A stretch of DNA of 64,000 bases from Sarea resinae. Its lineage: Eukaryota. Within the stretch, counting starts at the first letter, position 1. Each line of letters opens with the position of its first letter. Shown piece after piece: positions 23,032 through 35,223 of this stretch. The translations under genes and the position numbers were made by a program. The stretch is taken from assembly GCA_026026165.1 (NCBI GenBank), contig JAPEUD010000001.1, positions 248,001 to 312,000 of the forward strand. Reading direction: 5' to 3'. The notes under the pieces were generated by a model, which saw nothing but the letters and a program-made list of their open reading frames with translations, searched no databases and was not told the origin of the DNA.

Positions 23032-26007
23032 TCAAGAGCTCAGTGCAAGACAAGCATCTACCGCTAGCCCAACCCTATAGTAGAAATGGTCAGCAAGATG
23101 GTCCGATGCTTGATGATATCCGTCTGAACATACCGGCCTTCCTTCATCCTTACTACGTCATCAATAACATCTTTGTCAAGGCCTGGGAACATACCCGAAA
23201 GAGTCCTGCAAAGGTCAGCATCTAAATTTCTTTTCGGACCGAGAAAGGACGACAAGACGACTCACTCTACGACGTCTTTATGTTCGGCGCGTTGAATCCT
23301 TTGTGCCTCCGCAGTTTCTGCACTTGCTTGTCTGGCGGCTGCGTCTGCGGCGTTTAATCTGTTTGCCTCTCCAGTTTGTGCTGCACCCGTTTCCAAGGGC
23401 CTCAGCTGCCGCCTCCTTGTTTCCTCACTGTTCCTCTGTTGCTGTGGCTGTTGAGGCACTGGGGACAAGCGAGGTGACGCGCCAGGCTGTGGTACCCTGG
23501 ATGGCCCTTGGCTAGTCGAAGCCTCTGGAGCTGACTGGGGATCTTCGGAGAGCATTCGACCCAGGCTTGATAGGGGCCTTTGAATGGTGCGGAGCAGTCC
23601 AGTGACAGTTGCTTTGTCTTCTGCTGAGTCACTACCCCCGGATCCGTCCATAGCCTCGCGTGACGACAACGACCGCCTCATTGTGGAATACTCGGCCTCC
23701 ATCGAATTACGGGGAGTCACCTCTGGACGGCTCAGCGTCGACTTCTCTGGGACGTGTACTTGTGGTGGTGCTAATGAATCCTCTTCATGCCTTTCTGCAA
23801 TGGCCGACACAGCTGCTTCAACATTCCTTTCGAACTCTTCGTCTGAGACGGTGAGGTTGGTACGATCAAGGTTCTCTATGAATTGAACAGCACCCATCTA
23901 GAGCGGTCAGCTTTGGTTCTCGTATCGTTTGGTGACGCAGCTATACCAATGATGAGAGATAATATCCCGCTTCTCCACCCAATTTATCTTGGTTTCGAAA
24001 GCGTAATATATACTGAACGTTGGAAACCAGGTGTTCGGGATTGGCCTTCAAGACCACGTAAATGAGTAATGGCACAAATGAATCTGCTGATTGATCTGAC
24101 TTTGCATTCCGTAACAAGCCTGCGTTGGTAGATTTAGCAGTCTCTCATTCTTCTAGGCACAGTAGAACATACCGAATATGACCTTGCAACAGTTCAGCAC
24201 ACATATGACTTTATCGCGAGGAGCACGATAAGTTTTAATCTTCAACAATTCTAGAGCCTTGTCAGAACCAGTTCCCAGCCTAATCACAGGACTACATACC
24301 TTGCTGAGCAAGATGAAGAAATTTTCTTCCACTTTCGCCAACGGGGTGAATATCGAGGTGTTCTTCCCTGACCCATCCATATATGCGTACCTTCTGGGCA
24401 AGAATATCGTCTCTTTCCACATCTTCTTGATGTTGTCCTCGCCTCCCAGGACCCAGCGGTGGCTCGCCTTTGCGTTTGCCTTTACCTACAGGAATTGGCT
24501 GCGGTGGGGGAATAGCGGGCGAAAAGGTCTGGGTGTAAAGGCGATTCATGACTAGTTTCTCCATTCCTTCGCGCGCGTTATCGAATTCCGCGTCCGAGAC
24601 GCCCTTCCAGACCTCGCACTGTGCCATCTTGTTGGTGATGAACGCAAGAAAGTCGGCGATGATTTTCTCTTGCTCGTGGACCATCCATTGCTTTTTGCCA
24701 AACTCTGATAAGAACGACCGAAGGAATTTGGCCACAGGATCCGCAGTCCGGTGGCGAAGCTGTTCGAGGAATCGGTGAAAATCGAAGGGAAGGTCCGGCT
24801 CTGGATCCGGGTCTGGGGGAGGCGGCTTGTGTACTGCAGAGGACACTCGAGATGAGACCGGTGTGCTGGGTGATGACTTATCGGGGTCGTATTTTAAGGG
24901 ATTATGGCTCTGCGAGAAAGCCCTGATGGTTGGGCGTGGTATGTCCTGGTCAAGTATGGGGGAGGGTTGTGCCGAAGGCGATACTGTCTGTTGAGCCTGG
25001 GTAGCATTAATTTGGCTCGTCTGTAGGCCCGTGATAGGCTCGAGGCTCGACTTTCGGGGAGGGAATTGATGGGGATTTGCCATAATCGTACTTTGACGCT
25101 CAAGCCTAGGAGATAAAGCATCCTCCTCACCAAGGCCGCCACCATGGTGCTGAAACTGGTCCATGATGGATTGGATTTCGGATCGGGAGTCAGCGACGGC
25201 TCCACTCTGATCGGAAACAGCATCCTTCGCATCTCGTCCATCTCCACTTCGAGGGAAGGCGAGTTCTTGTTCAGTGATAGCGTCCTTCTCATTTTGCACA
25301 TCTGCGCTTCGAGGGGAGGCGAGATCTTGTTCGGAGTGGTATTCAGCATCCTTCGCATGCCGACCATTTGCGCCTCGAGGGAAGGCGAGCTCTTGTTGTT
25401 CGATGCCCTGGTCCCCAACATCCCTCGCATTCTGCACAACTGCGCTTCGAGGGAAGGCGAGTAGTTCCTCCGTGCCGCCATTGTGTGAAGCTACAGTCGA
25501 TGGCGCGCGAGAAGGTGGCTTTGACTCAAGGGGAGTCTTGGGGGTAGGATCGTAGTAGAGATCATCTTTCGGAGGTGGAGGAGGTGGTGTTGGAGAACGC
25601 GTCCTCTCTAGGTCGGTCTTTTCTGAGATGTCCGTGGTCGATGCTTCCTGATTTGGAGGTGGAGTCCCCGTGGCCGCCGTTTCCTGTTTCGAAGCAGGCG
25701 ATAACGACAGTTCTCGGATCTCACCCTCGAGACCGTTAGACTGAGCGTGCTTGTCTGTAGTGAACCCTTCATCCTCGACAGTCTTGACTGGCCTCTGCGA
25801 AGCTCCTTCTGGCTTCGGCATTTCAGACCCCATTGTTGCTTCTGCTTCTTCGGCGATGGGGTTCGCGCCCGTGTCAGTTGATTTCACATTTTCTGGTTCC
25901 TGCGGGGGCGCAGTTCCTCGGGCAAGGTCTTCTTCGTGGTCGGCCACACCTTCGCCGACTAACCTAGGTGTCTGAGACGGTGCATCTTGTTGCAATGGAG
26001 GAGACAT
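23032..26007 (-). CDS. VPS9: Rab5 guanine nucleotide exchange factor Vps9 with C-terminal CUE domain. Exons 26007-24300, 24250-24173, 24119-23947, 23897-23266, 23205-23134, 23074-23032 (901 aa)
   Basis: FDFHRFLEQLR, EGMEKLVMNRLY, RAPRDKVICVLNCCKVIFG, SADSFVPLLIYVVLKANP and GEAGYYLSSL; CUE domain LSGMFPGLDKDVI...AVDACLAL. Confidence 0.95.
25205..25470 (-). repeat. Coding minisatellite in VPS9 exon 1: four units of about 20-25 aa with core E-x-(E/D/L)-L-A-(F/S)-P-R
   Basis: Plus-strand core c(t/c)tcgaggg(a/g)aggcgag recurs near 25247, 25307, 25373 and 25445. Confidence 0.85.
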
Positions 26008-26489
26008 GTACTGCTGGCAGGCCACCTGTTGGGTGAGATACGGTCACCCAAATGCTCAAGATCAGCGCCGCACAGGCTGAGTGTATATACCCCAAAGTCC
26101 TAGCCGTGAGTGTTGACGTTCGAGAATCACATCGACACGCTTGAGCTCATCTCAATAGAGCTTCCTGCCTGGTAGTTGATATCAACGTCAAGCGGAATGC
26201 GGAGTCGAGAAGCAGTGCAACGGTGGATTCAGAGCCAGTTCGGTCAGCCCGCTTGATAACGAAGTCACCAAGTTGGGGTTCTCAGTTCTGGATCGTCAAT
26301 AGCCCAATAGCGCGCACGGTCATCATCGGGCGGTCGCTCTAGCCGAAAATGCATGCCACCATTCTTCTCCATCGTCATCTTCATCTTCAATGTTCATAAC
26401 AGGAAGAAGTTGCAGCTTCTTTGTTTTTCTACAGCTTCTCTACGGCCTCTCCTTTCACTCACAACACCCCGGTTGCATAGGTATATGGG

Positions 26490-28469
26490 ATGTGTGGCAT
26501 CCATTTCACCATCAGCCGCAAAACATGCATCTCGCCAGATGATACGGTAGCTCATCTCTTAAGCAAAAGAGGGCCAGACAGCTTCAAGACACGCCGAGTT
26601 CATCTTCAACCGAAGTCATCCACGGCTTCGGATCTCTTTCTCAATTTCACATCTACAGTTCTATCTCTGCGTGGTGATCATGTTGCTGTTCAACCGCTGG
26701 TAGATGGCGCTTCAGGCTCGATCCTCTGCTGGAATGGTGAAGCCTGGAGAGTCAATGATGCGGTAATCACTGGCAATGATTCAGAGCTTGTGTTTGAGCT
26801 GCTGTTGCAAGCTTCTTCGTTGGAAAATTCGGCGAACTCTGCCATTCGAAATGACTCAAACCTAGCCTTTCAGTCCAACTCAGGACTGGAATCGGTGTTA
26901 CAGGCATTTAAAAAGCTCTCTGGCCCCTTCGCATTCGTGTTTTACGATGCTATCGGACAAAAGGTATTTTTTGGCCGTGACCGCCTGGGCAGACGCTCGT
27001 TACTATGGCGGACAGATGAAAATGGCAGCCTCATCATCTCTAGCGTCTCTGATGGTCAGTCGAAAGACATGTGGTCGGAAGTTGAAGCAGATGGCATATA
27101 TGGCTTAGATCTCAATGCACTATCTGACAGCATCAACGCCCGTCCAGGCATTTCCTGTGGTACGGAAATCTCTTCGGTACCCTTGATTACTAAAGTGGCA
27201 CATTATACATGGGCAGGTATGGAAGTCTGCCCCGATAAGTCTTCAAAACCCGTAAGCTGGACTGCGGCTCTTTTAATTGCTAGTACTTTTTGCTGAACAC
27301 GAATCTAGATCTTCCCCTTTCCAGCTCTGAATCAGGCTCTACCAGACACTGAAATACCCAACATCGGCCTGCGATCAACCTCTGTGCTCTCTCTTGAAAA
27401 GCTCCTTCTAGAGGCTGTGAAATTACGAGTGCAGCATATTCAAGACTATCCTTTGCCAGGTGGCGCTACAACTGTGGATTCGTTTACTAAAGTAGCCATT
27501 CTATTCTCAGGGGGCTTAGACTGCACCGTCCTCGCACGTCTCGCCCATGAAGTTCTGCCTCTTGATCACGGCATAGATCTCATCAACGTGGCATTCGAGA
27601 ACCCTCGCATCGTCGCCGCAGCCATCAATGCAGAGAAGTCCCAGAATCCCCAGAAGAATGACAGTCGTTCTGTAGAAGCTAGACCCGCCGAAGCCAAAAG
27701 CACAGCTGTACTTGACCCCTTTGAAATTTGCCCAGACAGAATAACAGGCCAGAAATCCTACTCCGAACTCCTTCAAGTATGCCCTGGCCGCCGCTGGCGC
27801 TTCGTCTGCATCAACGTGCCATATGCGCAGACTCTCGCCCATCGGGAGACAGTCATCTCGCTCATCCACCCTCACAACACAACCATGGATCTGTCGATTG
27901 CCTATGCCTTCTACTTTGCCGCTCGCGGTGAAGGTAGTATCCTCAACTCCTCGGACAACAACTCCACCAAACCCTACCCCTACACAACCTCAGCACGCAT
28001 CCTCCTCTCAGGCCTTGGCGCAGACGAGCTCTTCGCAGGCTACACTCGCCACACCACCGCCTTCAAGCGTCACGGTTTTCCAGGTCTCCTAGCCGAACTC
28101 GACCTCGATGTCCAGCGTCTCGGTAAGCGCAATCTCGGCCGCGACGATAGAGTCATCTCTCACTGGGGCAAGGAGGTGCGGTTCCCCTTTCTAGACGAAC
28201 GCGTGCTGGAGTGGGCACTGGCGCGTCCTGTATGGGAGAAATGCGGATTCGGACAGCGTCTTCCTGCTCATGTTATTGAACCAGGTGGAACCGAGGATGA
28301 TAACGTGGACGTGGACGTGGACGCCGAGAAAAAAGTTCTCAGGGTTCTAGCTTGGAGACTCGGCATGAAGGGTGCCGCGGTTGAGAAGAAACGCGCGATT
28401 CAGTTCGGTGCGAGGACGGCGAAGATGGAGCCCGGCGATAAGACGAAGGGGACACAGCTTCTGTCGTGA
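26490..28469 (+). CDS. ASNSD1: Asparagine synthetase domain-containing protein (ASNSD1/YML096W-like). Exons 26490-27251, 27309-28469 (640 aa)
   Basis: MCGI Ntn-amidotransferase start, RGPD, LCWNGE, GRDRLGRRSL, ILFSGGLDC, SGLGADELFAGY, RNLGRDDR and EKKRAIQFGARTAKM. Confidence 0.92.
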
Positions 28470-29944
28470 AACCCTTTTGCCCCTCTTTCAATCTCTGTTC
28501 TCAAACACCCATATATCCCACCATCTCACCCCATACATCATCATCATCACCGCCGCCACCACTCTGAATACTCCTCCCCTCCCCGGAAGATACAGACCAA
28601 AGCAATTCTTCATAAACAACATAATCGACACCCGCAATGATGACGATGGCGCCTCGCCGCTCCCCGCACTCAGGAGTCCCTTCAAAGGGATGTCCTGCAG
28701 TAGTCGAGTGGTGATGTGCCTGATCAGATACTTCTGAGCCCGTCTCTCATCACCCCCTCCTCTGCTTCTTGTCTGTGCCCTGCCTCGCTCCCTCACTCGC
28801 GCATGTGGTTTTCTCCAGTCCCGCTGGACGTGAAACCCTGGGTGCTTGATGGGTTCGGTAGGGTACGGCACGGCGCGGTATGGGACGGGGTGAAATTGAG
28901 GGCTATGAAGTCGTAAAGGCAAGTCTGAGCGGTCGTGTCGACAGCTGTGGTCTGCTGAGTAGGTTGTTCATTTGTTCAGATGTATAGATATATAAAGATC
29001 ATTGAAAGAAAAAAAAAGGAAAATCAGTACGACAACGGAATCTCGCGCCTCGCGCCTATCGTTTAGTTTTAGCCATGTCACATTTTGCATCCACATTTAC
29101 ATTCCCGAAGTGACAATTCGTCTCAAGTAAAACGGATCCCAATCGTAGATCTTATCTTAGTCCATTTTTGCGCTTCTCATTATCTCACAAACCCTAGTCT
29201 TCAATGCCAACTCGTACTTCATCAGCCATCATCATCTCTATCGCCTTGGTCCACTCTCATAAGCCAAATTGAAAAAACGGATCGGATGGAAAGAGTAGAT
29301 AAACGGACGTGCGGACGAACGGACGGAAAGACAGACGGACAGGACGGGACAGGAGCATAATATCATATCATACACGCCCCCCTAGACCTCGCATTCACAC
29401 GCGACCTCACACTCACACCTCCACATGCTCTCTCCAGTGGTCCCAAGCCCTGAATGAAGGAAGACGAAGATGTGAAGACGAAACTTGAAGATTGACAACA
29501 CTTAAAGACAAGAAAAGAACAAAGGAGGATGGTAAAAAACAAGAAAGAGGAAGAAAACGCCTCTAGACGCCCGACTAAGCCCCCGGGGTTGGAGATTAGC
29601 ATTGAGAAAACCCTCTCCCATCCTGGCAGCAGCCAGCCAGCCAGCCCAACCCAAACATAGCATGCGCACGCACGCACGAACACATATAGAAAAAACCCCG
29701 CGCTAGAGAAAGAAATTTGAAACGAAATGTGGGTATACCCAACAACAACCCGCCCTTACCCCCCAACCTTCCTCCACCCTGCCATCCACCCTTATCACCT
29801 ATGCGATCCCCTGAATTGGAAATGAAGAAGAAAAGAAATGGGTCGAGAAATCACACCCACGATTCTCGAAACCCTCGACGAAGGATATTTTAGAAACTTT
29901 GAGAAGGCAAGGCCACACATCATGCTATGTCATGTCGTGTCGGG

Positions 29945-31547
29945 TTATCGCGCGCCGATGCCACTGCCGATATTGCCGTAAACGCCTACGCTATATGGAC
30001 TGCCCTTTCCAGACAGACCTGAAGGTGGACTGTTGGCGCCAGAGTCCTACGGCAAGCAAGTCATGTTAGCGATCAGTGGATCTACGACTTGACAGTTGTG
30101 ATCCCGCCTCCCCGAAAGAAAAAAAGAACCAGCGGAAGGAACGCAAATGGATGGCCTACTCGTTTTCGCTTCTTCTTCGAGCCAGCGCCTCTCCTACCGT
30201 CTTCTCCGTCCCCAGTCGAATAACCCCCAGCCATATCTTCATCATCCACAAAGCCATCCCCATAGCCGGTCCAGCTGCTCTCGTTATAACTCCTTTTCTT
30301 CCCGCTGCGTCTCGGCCGCGCCGGCTCGGTCGGAATTGATGCAGCCGCAACGGAACTGGGGATTCCATTAGTTTGCGCCGCCCGAACTTGATTGACCTGC
30401 GAAGCTTGCTGTTGTTGTTTTCGCGCCGAAATATCCGCAAGAGCCTGCATCTCCTCCTCTTTGGTCTCGTCTAGACCGAGTTTGGACCGCCATGAATCGT
30501 CGTCTGGGAGGGGTCCGGGTAGCATCTGGGTGACGCGATCAAGTTTAGCTTTTAGGGTGTCGCTGAAGCCCCTTGAGATCTCCTTGCCCATGACCTTTTG
30601 ATTCTGCCATTCTTCGTCGGGCCAATGAACCAGCTCGAGTAGCCCACCGGGTTGGTCCTCTGGATGCTTGACTGCTTTATTTCTTCCTGCTAGGCCGAAC
30701 TCTTTAACCTTCCCTTCGTAAGACTTCCGTAGCCTATTAATCTTTTCTCCCGTGACCGGGTCTTTCCTGGCTACCGTCGCCACCAATGGTCCCAAGCCGT
30801 ATAAGGAGAGCAGGTCTTGAGTCGGATTTGGTCGCATGGGAGGGTGAGCTACCCGGCAATTCATGTTAATCAAACAATTAAATGCTAGAGTGGAATTGGG
30901 TGAGCTTAGATGGGAACCTTACGGGATTTCAAAAGAAGATAGGGAGGGCCAACATCGGCATGAAGCCGTTCGAGACCCGCTCTCGTCTCTTCCGACATCC
31001 GTTGCTCAACGGTTTGTTCAGTGTCGAGTCCCTTGCCCTTGAAATATTCGGTACTATCTTCGTCTCCTCTGTGTCGCTCGTGATCGCTTCTTCGGTGTTC
31101 TTCCGTGTCGATGGCCATGGCATCATGATTCGTATCCTTTGTCTGCGATTCACTCCCTTCAGCATCCAATTGCATTCGCACATCGCCGTCTTGGTCCTCG
31201 CCTTCGACAGAGCCGGCGGTGGTGGCGGCGACGCCGGTTGTGCTGGCCGGAGTCGGAAAGGTATGTGTCGACATCAGATTAGGCTGCTGGGAGAGATTGA
31301 CCGACGAAGGAGGGGTCGCAGAGGACGGGAGATTTGACGTCGTCGCGGCGGATGATGACGATGTGTATGCGGTTGGTGGGGAAGGAGTGGCATGGTTGGG
31401 AGCAGTCGCGGACATCAATGGAGGCGAGGAAGGGGTGCGCGGATGATTGAGATCTGACGGGGCGCCGGGCTTGATTGACGTGAAAGGTGGTGAGGCGGGT
31501 GACAGAGGCCGGGGCTGACGAGATGCGATTGATAAAGAGGTGGACAT
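29945..31547 (-). CDS. MED19: Mediator subunit Med19/Rox3. Exons 31547-30923, 30848-30160, 30046-29945 (471 aa; start codon uncertain)
   Basis: QDLLSLYGLGPLVATVARKDPVTGEKINRLRKSYEGKVK Rox3 core; KKRSYNESSWTGYGDGFVDD; basic KKKRKR. Confidence 0.88.
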
Positions 31548-32560
31548 GTGGCGAGAGTGAGCAAGAATGTGCTCGGCGTCTTCGAGGGCTGATGGGATAG
31601 GTGACGGTGGTGAAGGCGCAGAGAGGTGAGTGACGACGGCTCCCAAGCGGAGGCGTTTCCTAAGTGATGATCTCTATGCGGGTGATCATGCGTGCCGCTG
31701 TCTTTCCCCGATGGGCTGTTGTGGTTGAGAGCGAGAGAGAGATCGGAATGATCGTCTGAATTGTTGAAGAGAGGAGGCGGGTGAGAATGGTGTTGACCAG
31801 AAGACGATCGAAGTCGTTGAGAAGTTGAATTGTGGTGGTTCTGAGAGGAGTATGCCGGGCTGAGGACGGTGAAGCAGGACGTTGAAGGAGGGCGTGTGGT
31901 GGTGGTGACGGTGAGGGTGGTGGTTGTGGTGATGGTGAAGGTGGAGGTGAATAGAGCGATGGTGAGGGTGGTGAGGGTGGTGGAGGTGGTGATGATCACG
32001 GATCGCTCACTGATTGATTGATTGACGGTCGGGTTTGGCTGTGCTGGACGATGGAAGTAGACGGAAGTGCCTGGTCGGAGCGGAAGAGCTGAGATTGGCG
32101 GGAGGGTGACCTATCAATACTTGCCGCTACATTGTTTCCCTACTTTGTTCCGCTCTGTGCACTTGCCTATTTAAATCCCTCGTTCTTCCACCTTTCTTGA
32201 CCACATTTCGACTCAAATGCATTGTCTGAAAACAGCTACAGAATCTGTTAGAGGGACGTCGACCGAGAAGGGACGCTCTATGCTCCCATTTACGTGTCAG
32301 AAACCCGATATCAGCAACTGATGGACTGAATGCCCAGTGCAATGGGAAGCAAAGTGGAGATCCACCGCGCTGACTCTGGACCCCTCACGTGATCAGGCGT
32401 CCACGATCGCGAGTTGCCGAGAGCGGAAATCCCATTATGCCATTTCGAGAAAGCCATCCGTGGATGATATCAGCCAAAGGGATCACTACCTAAACAACAA
32501 TCACCAGCATGCAACTCCCTCAACACCATCGACAACAGCACCCATCATCACATCAACACC

Positions 32561-33928
32561 ATGGACGATGATGATCTCTTCAACGACGACACCGCCGCCT
32601 TCACTGCCGCCGTCGAGGCCGCCGAACGTTCCTTCTCTTCTCCCGCCCCTGCCCCACTACGCCCCACAAACAACAATGACAACAACAGCACGACCACTGC
32701 AGGCTCTTCTAATCCAAAGGTCCAACAACCTAAACCGCAAGCCCTCCCCTCCCGCTCCACGGGGTCCTCAATCCTTGTCTCGCCCCGCCAGAAGGGCAAT
32801 CCGGTGCTCAACAGCATTCGCTCCCTACCCTGGGAGTATGCCGACATCCCGGCCGACTACATCCTGGGCAGCACGACCTGCGCGCTGTACCTATCCCTGA
32901 AATACCACCGCCTGCACCCCGAATATATCTACTCACGCATCCGGGCGCTGGCGGGCAAATACAACCTCCGCGTGCTCCTCGCGAGCGTTGACATCGGCAA
33001 CCACGAGGATCCACTCAAGGAACTCGCCAAGACGTCGCTCGTCAACAACTTGACCCTGATACTCTGCTGGACCCCCCAGGAAGCAGCGCGCTACCTCGAG
33101 CTCTACAAGTCGTTCGAACACGCTGCCCCGACGGCGATCCGCGCGCAGCAGGCCACGAGCTACGCCGAGAAGATGGTGGAGTTCGTGACGGGGCCACGTA
33201 GCATCAATAAGACGGATGCGGTGGGGCTGGTGTCGAGTTTCGGGAGCTTGAGGGCAGCAATTGCCGCGAGGCCTGAGGAGATCGCTATGATTGCCGGCTG
33301 GGGCGAGAAGAAAGTGCAGCGATGGTCGAAGACGGTGAGGGAGGGATTCAGGGTCAAGAAGACTGCGGCTGTGGGAGCAAGCTCGAGGCGGCCGGGCGTG
33401 GGAGTTGGAAATATCTCGAGCGGAAATAGCAGTCGATTGATTTCGCGCGATCAGACTATGGATGACAATGACCATGATGACGGTGGTGACGACTCTCCGG
33501 TGCCCGTAGTCGGCGCTCCGATCCCTCCGGTCCCAATACCCATAGGCTCAATCCGAAGTCACCAAACCACGCAAGCCAGCCCTAGCAAGACACCCGACAT
33601 CATCAGCGCAAGAGCGACTCCAAATCCACAAACTTCAAAGGCCACCCCACCGATCAAGACGTCCGCCTCCTCCTCAAAGATGGCCGGCGACGGCGACGAT
33701 GAGGATGACGGGACCTTAGGTATGGATATCGACCCGGACGAAGAAGAAGCGCTCCTGGCGGCCGAAGCACTAGCCTCGGCTCCTACGACTCAATCCCAAG
33801 GCCAATCCTCCAGTAGCCAGCCATCTCGGCGTCAAGGAGAGGACCCAGACGAGATGAACGCAGGTATTATGGCTGCTTTGGCGCGTTTGAGGAAAGATGG
33901 CGGTGGAAGCAGAGAGGAGCGAGAATAG
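32561..33928 (+). CDS. RAD10: Excision-repair endonuclease non-catalytic subunit ERCC1/Rad10/Swi10, intronless, 455 aa
   Basis: SILVSPRQKGNPVL, LYLSLKYHRLHPEYIY, EAARYLELYK and HhH region SINKTDA...GWGEKKV. Confidence 0.95.
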   Translation: MDDDDLFNDDTAAFTAAVEAAERSFSSPAPAPLRPTNNNDNNSTTTAGSSNPKVQQPKPQALPSRSTGSSILVSPRQKGNPVLNSIRSLPWEYADIPADYILGSTTCALYLSLKYHRLHPEYIYSRIRALAGKYNLRVLLASVDIGNHEDPLKELAKTSLVNNLTLILCWTPQEAARYLELYKSFEHAAPTAIRAQQATSYAEKMVEFVTGPRSINKTDAVGLVSSFGSLRAAIAARPEEIAMIAGWGEKKVQRWSKTVREGFRVKKTAAVGASSRRPGVGVGNISSGNSSRLISRDQTMDDNDHDDGGDDSPVPVVGAPIPPVPIPIGSIRSHQTTQASPSKTPDIISARATPNPQTSKATPPIKTSASSSKMAGDGDDEDDGTLGMDIDPDEEEALLAAEALASAPTTQSQGQSSSSQPSRRQGEDPDEMNAGIMAALARLRKDGGGSREERE

Positions 33929-35223
33929 GCGACCAAAATCAAAATTTCCTTGCCTCGTATATAGGTCTTGTTTCCCCGTCCGTTCCTATGGTGTTTGAGT
34001 ACTGCTCGTCCCGGGTTTAACGTATCATGGGCATGAGTAAGGTGGCGTTGGTTGGTTGGTTGGTCAATACCCTATTAGCAACGGTGATGGATCGGGGCAT
34101 CGATCCCAAGATCTCTCGTTCGGTATTACATCAATATGTCTCGGGGGTCTGCAAGAGGCGTTAGGTAACGGGATCTGGCATTTGCGCGCGCTCAGACGAT
34201 TTTATCTATCTTAGAAGTCTAGATGGCCTAACTTCCTTTTCCTTTTCCTTTTCTATAATATCCCATATGCCTTCCCCCCATTTCTCTAGCTCTCTCTTCA
34301 GGATTCAGAGAATCTCACTCATCCGGCAATCACTCTTCACTCTTCACCTGACCTTAGCTACCTACCTACTAAACTGCCTACCTACTTACCTACGCGGTAC
34401 CTTCGACATTTACGATCAAATCAACAATCACAACTACATTACTATCCCCCCCGTACTGCCGTATATATATACCTGAGATAACTGCGCCGAGTGTAGGTGA
34501 GGTAGATAGTCATTCCTCGTCTCCTGGCCCCCATATCCCAACACCGAGGATGAAGTTCTGACGAGCTCGGGCCATTGGACAAACTGGTGGTCAGCGAAAC
34601 AGGTCCGAACGTCCATGCTAGACGACTTAACGTGTCATTGTGCCCTACACTGCCCTGGCCTGCCCTGGCCTTGTCAAGCTAACAGAAACCCCTGAATCCA
34701 CACACATATTGCAATCTGCCGTATATCTCAGAGGTCGCAGCTAGTCAGTCAGTGACGGAAGATCTATGTTCTCTGGCAAGGGCAAGCAAAGGGAGGGGAA
34801 AAGGCGGCTTTGGCGGCAGTTGTGCGGATGGGGTGAAAGCGTCCGGGACGCAGCCATTCATTGATGTGATGCGATGTGATACGATGCGATGCGATACGAT
34901 TTCAATCGAGCTTGAACTTATTTCATGGGATGAGATTAGGGAGCTGGACGGCTATGTATGTAGCTAGCTAGCTAGATGGATGGATCTGATGGACGGGCAC
35001 CTAGGTAGAGAGACATATAGAGAGAGAGATGATGCCATAGTCCAAGTATACGGGCCTATCCATGGAAGGGTATGAAATCGCAGAGAGGGCAGAGTACTTT
35101 GGTTTCCCGTGACTATCGCGAAGAGTGGGAAACGCACCCGTGGGGGACTGAATCGAAGAAGTGAATAGATGGACAGAGAGGCCGGAGGACGAGAGAGGTT
35201 GGTGGCGGATGTGGATTATGGCA

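Noticed and set aside
26353..26550. ORF overlapping the ASNSD1 start as an ASDURF-like (prefoldin) uORF
   Set aside because: It has no coiled-coil or prefoldin character and probably starts upstream of the TSS in a short divergent promoter.
31415..31999. 194-aa Thr/His-rich ORF upstream of MED19
   Set aside because: It arises from (CAC/ACC)n repeats in the leader, has a non-ATG start and is out of frame with MED19.
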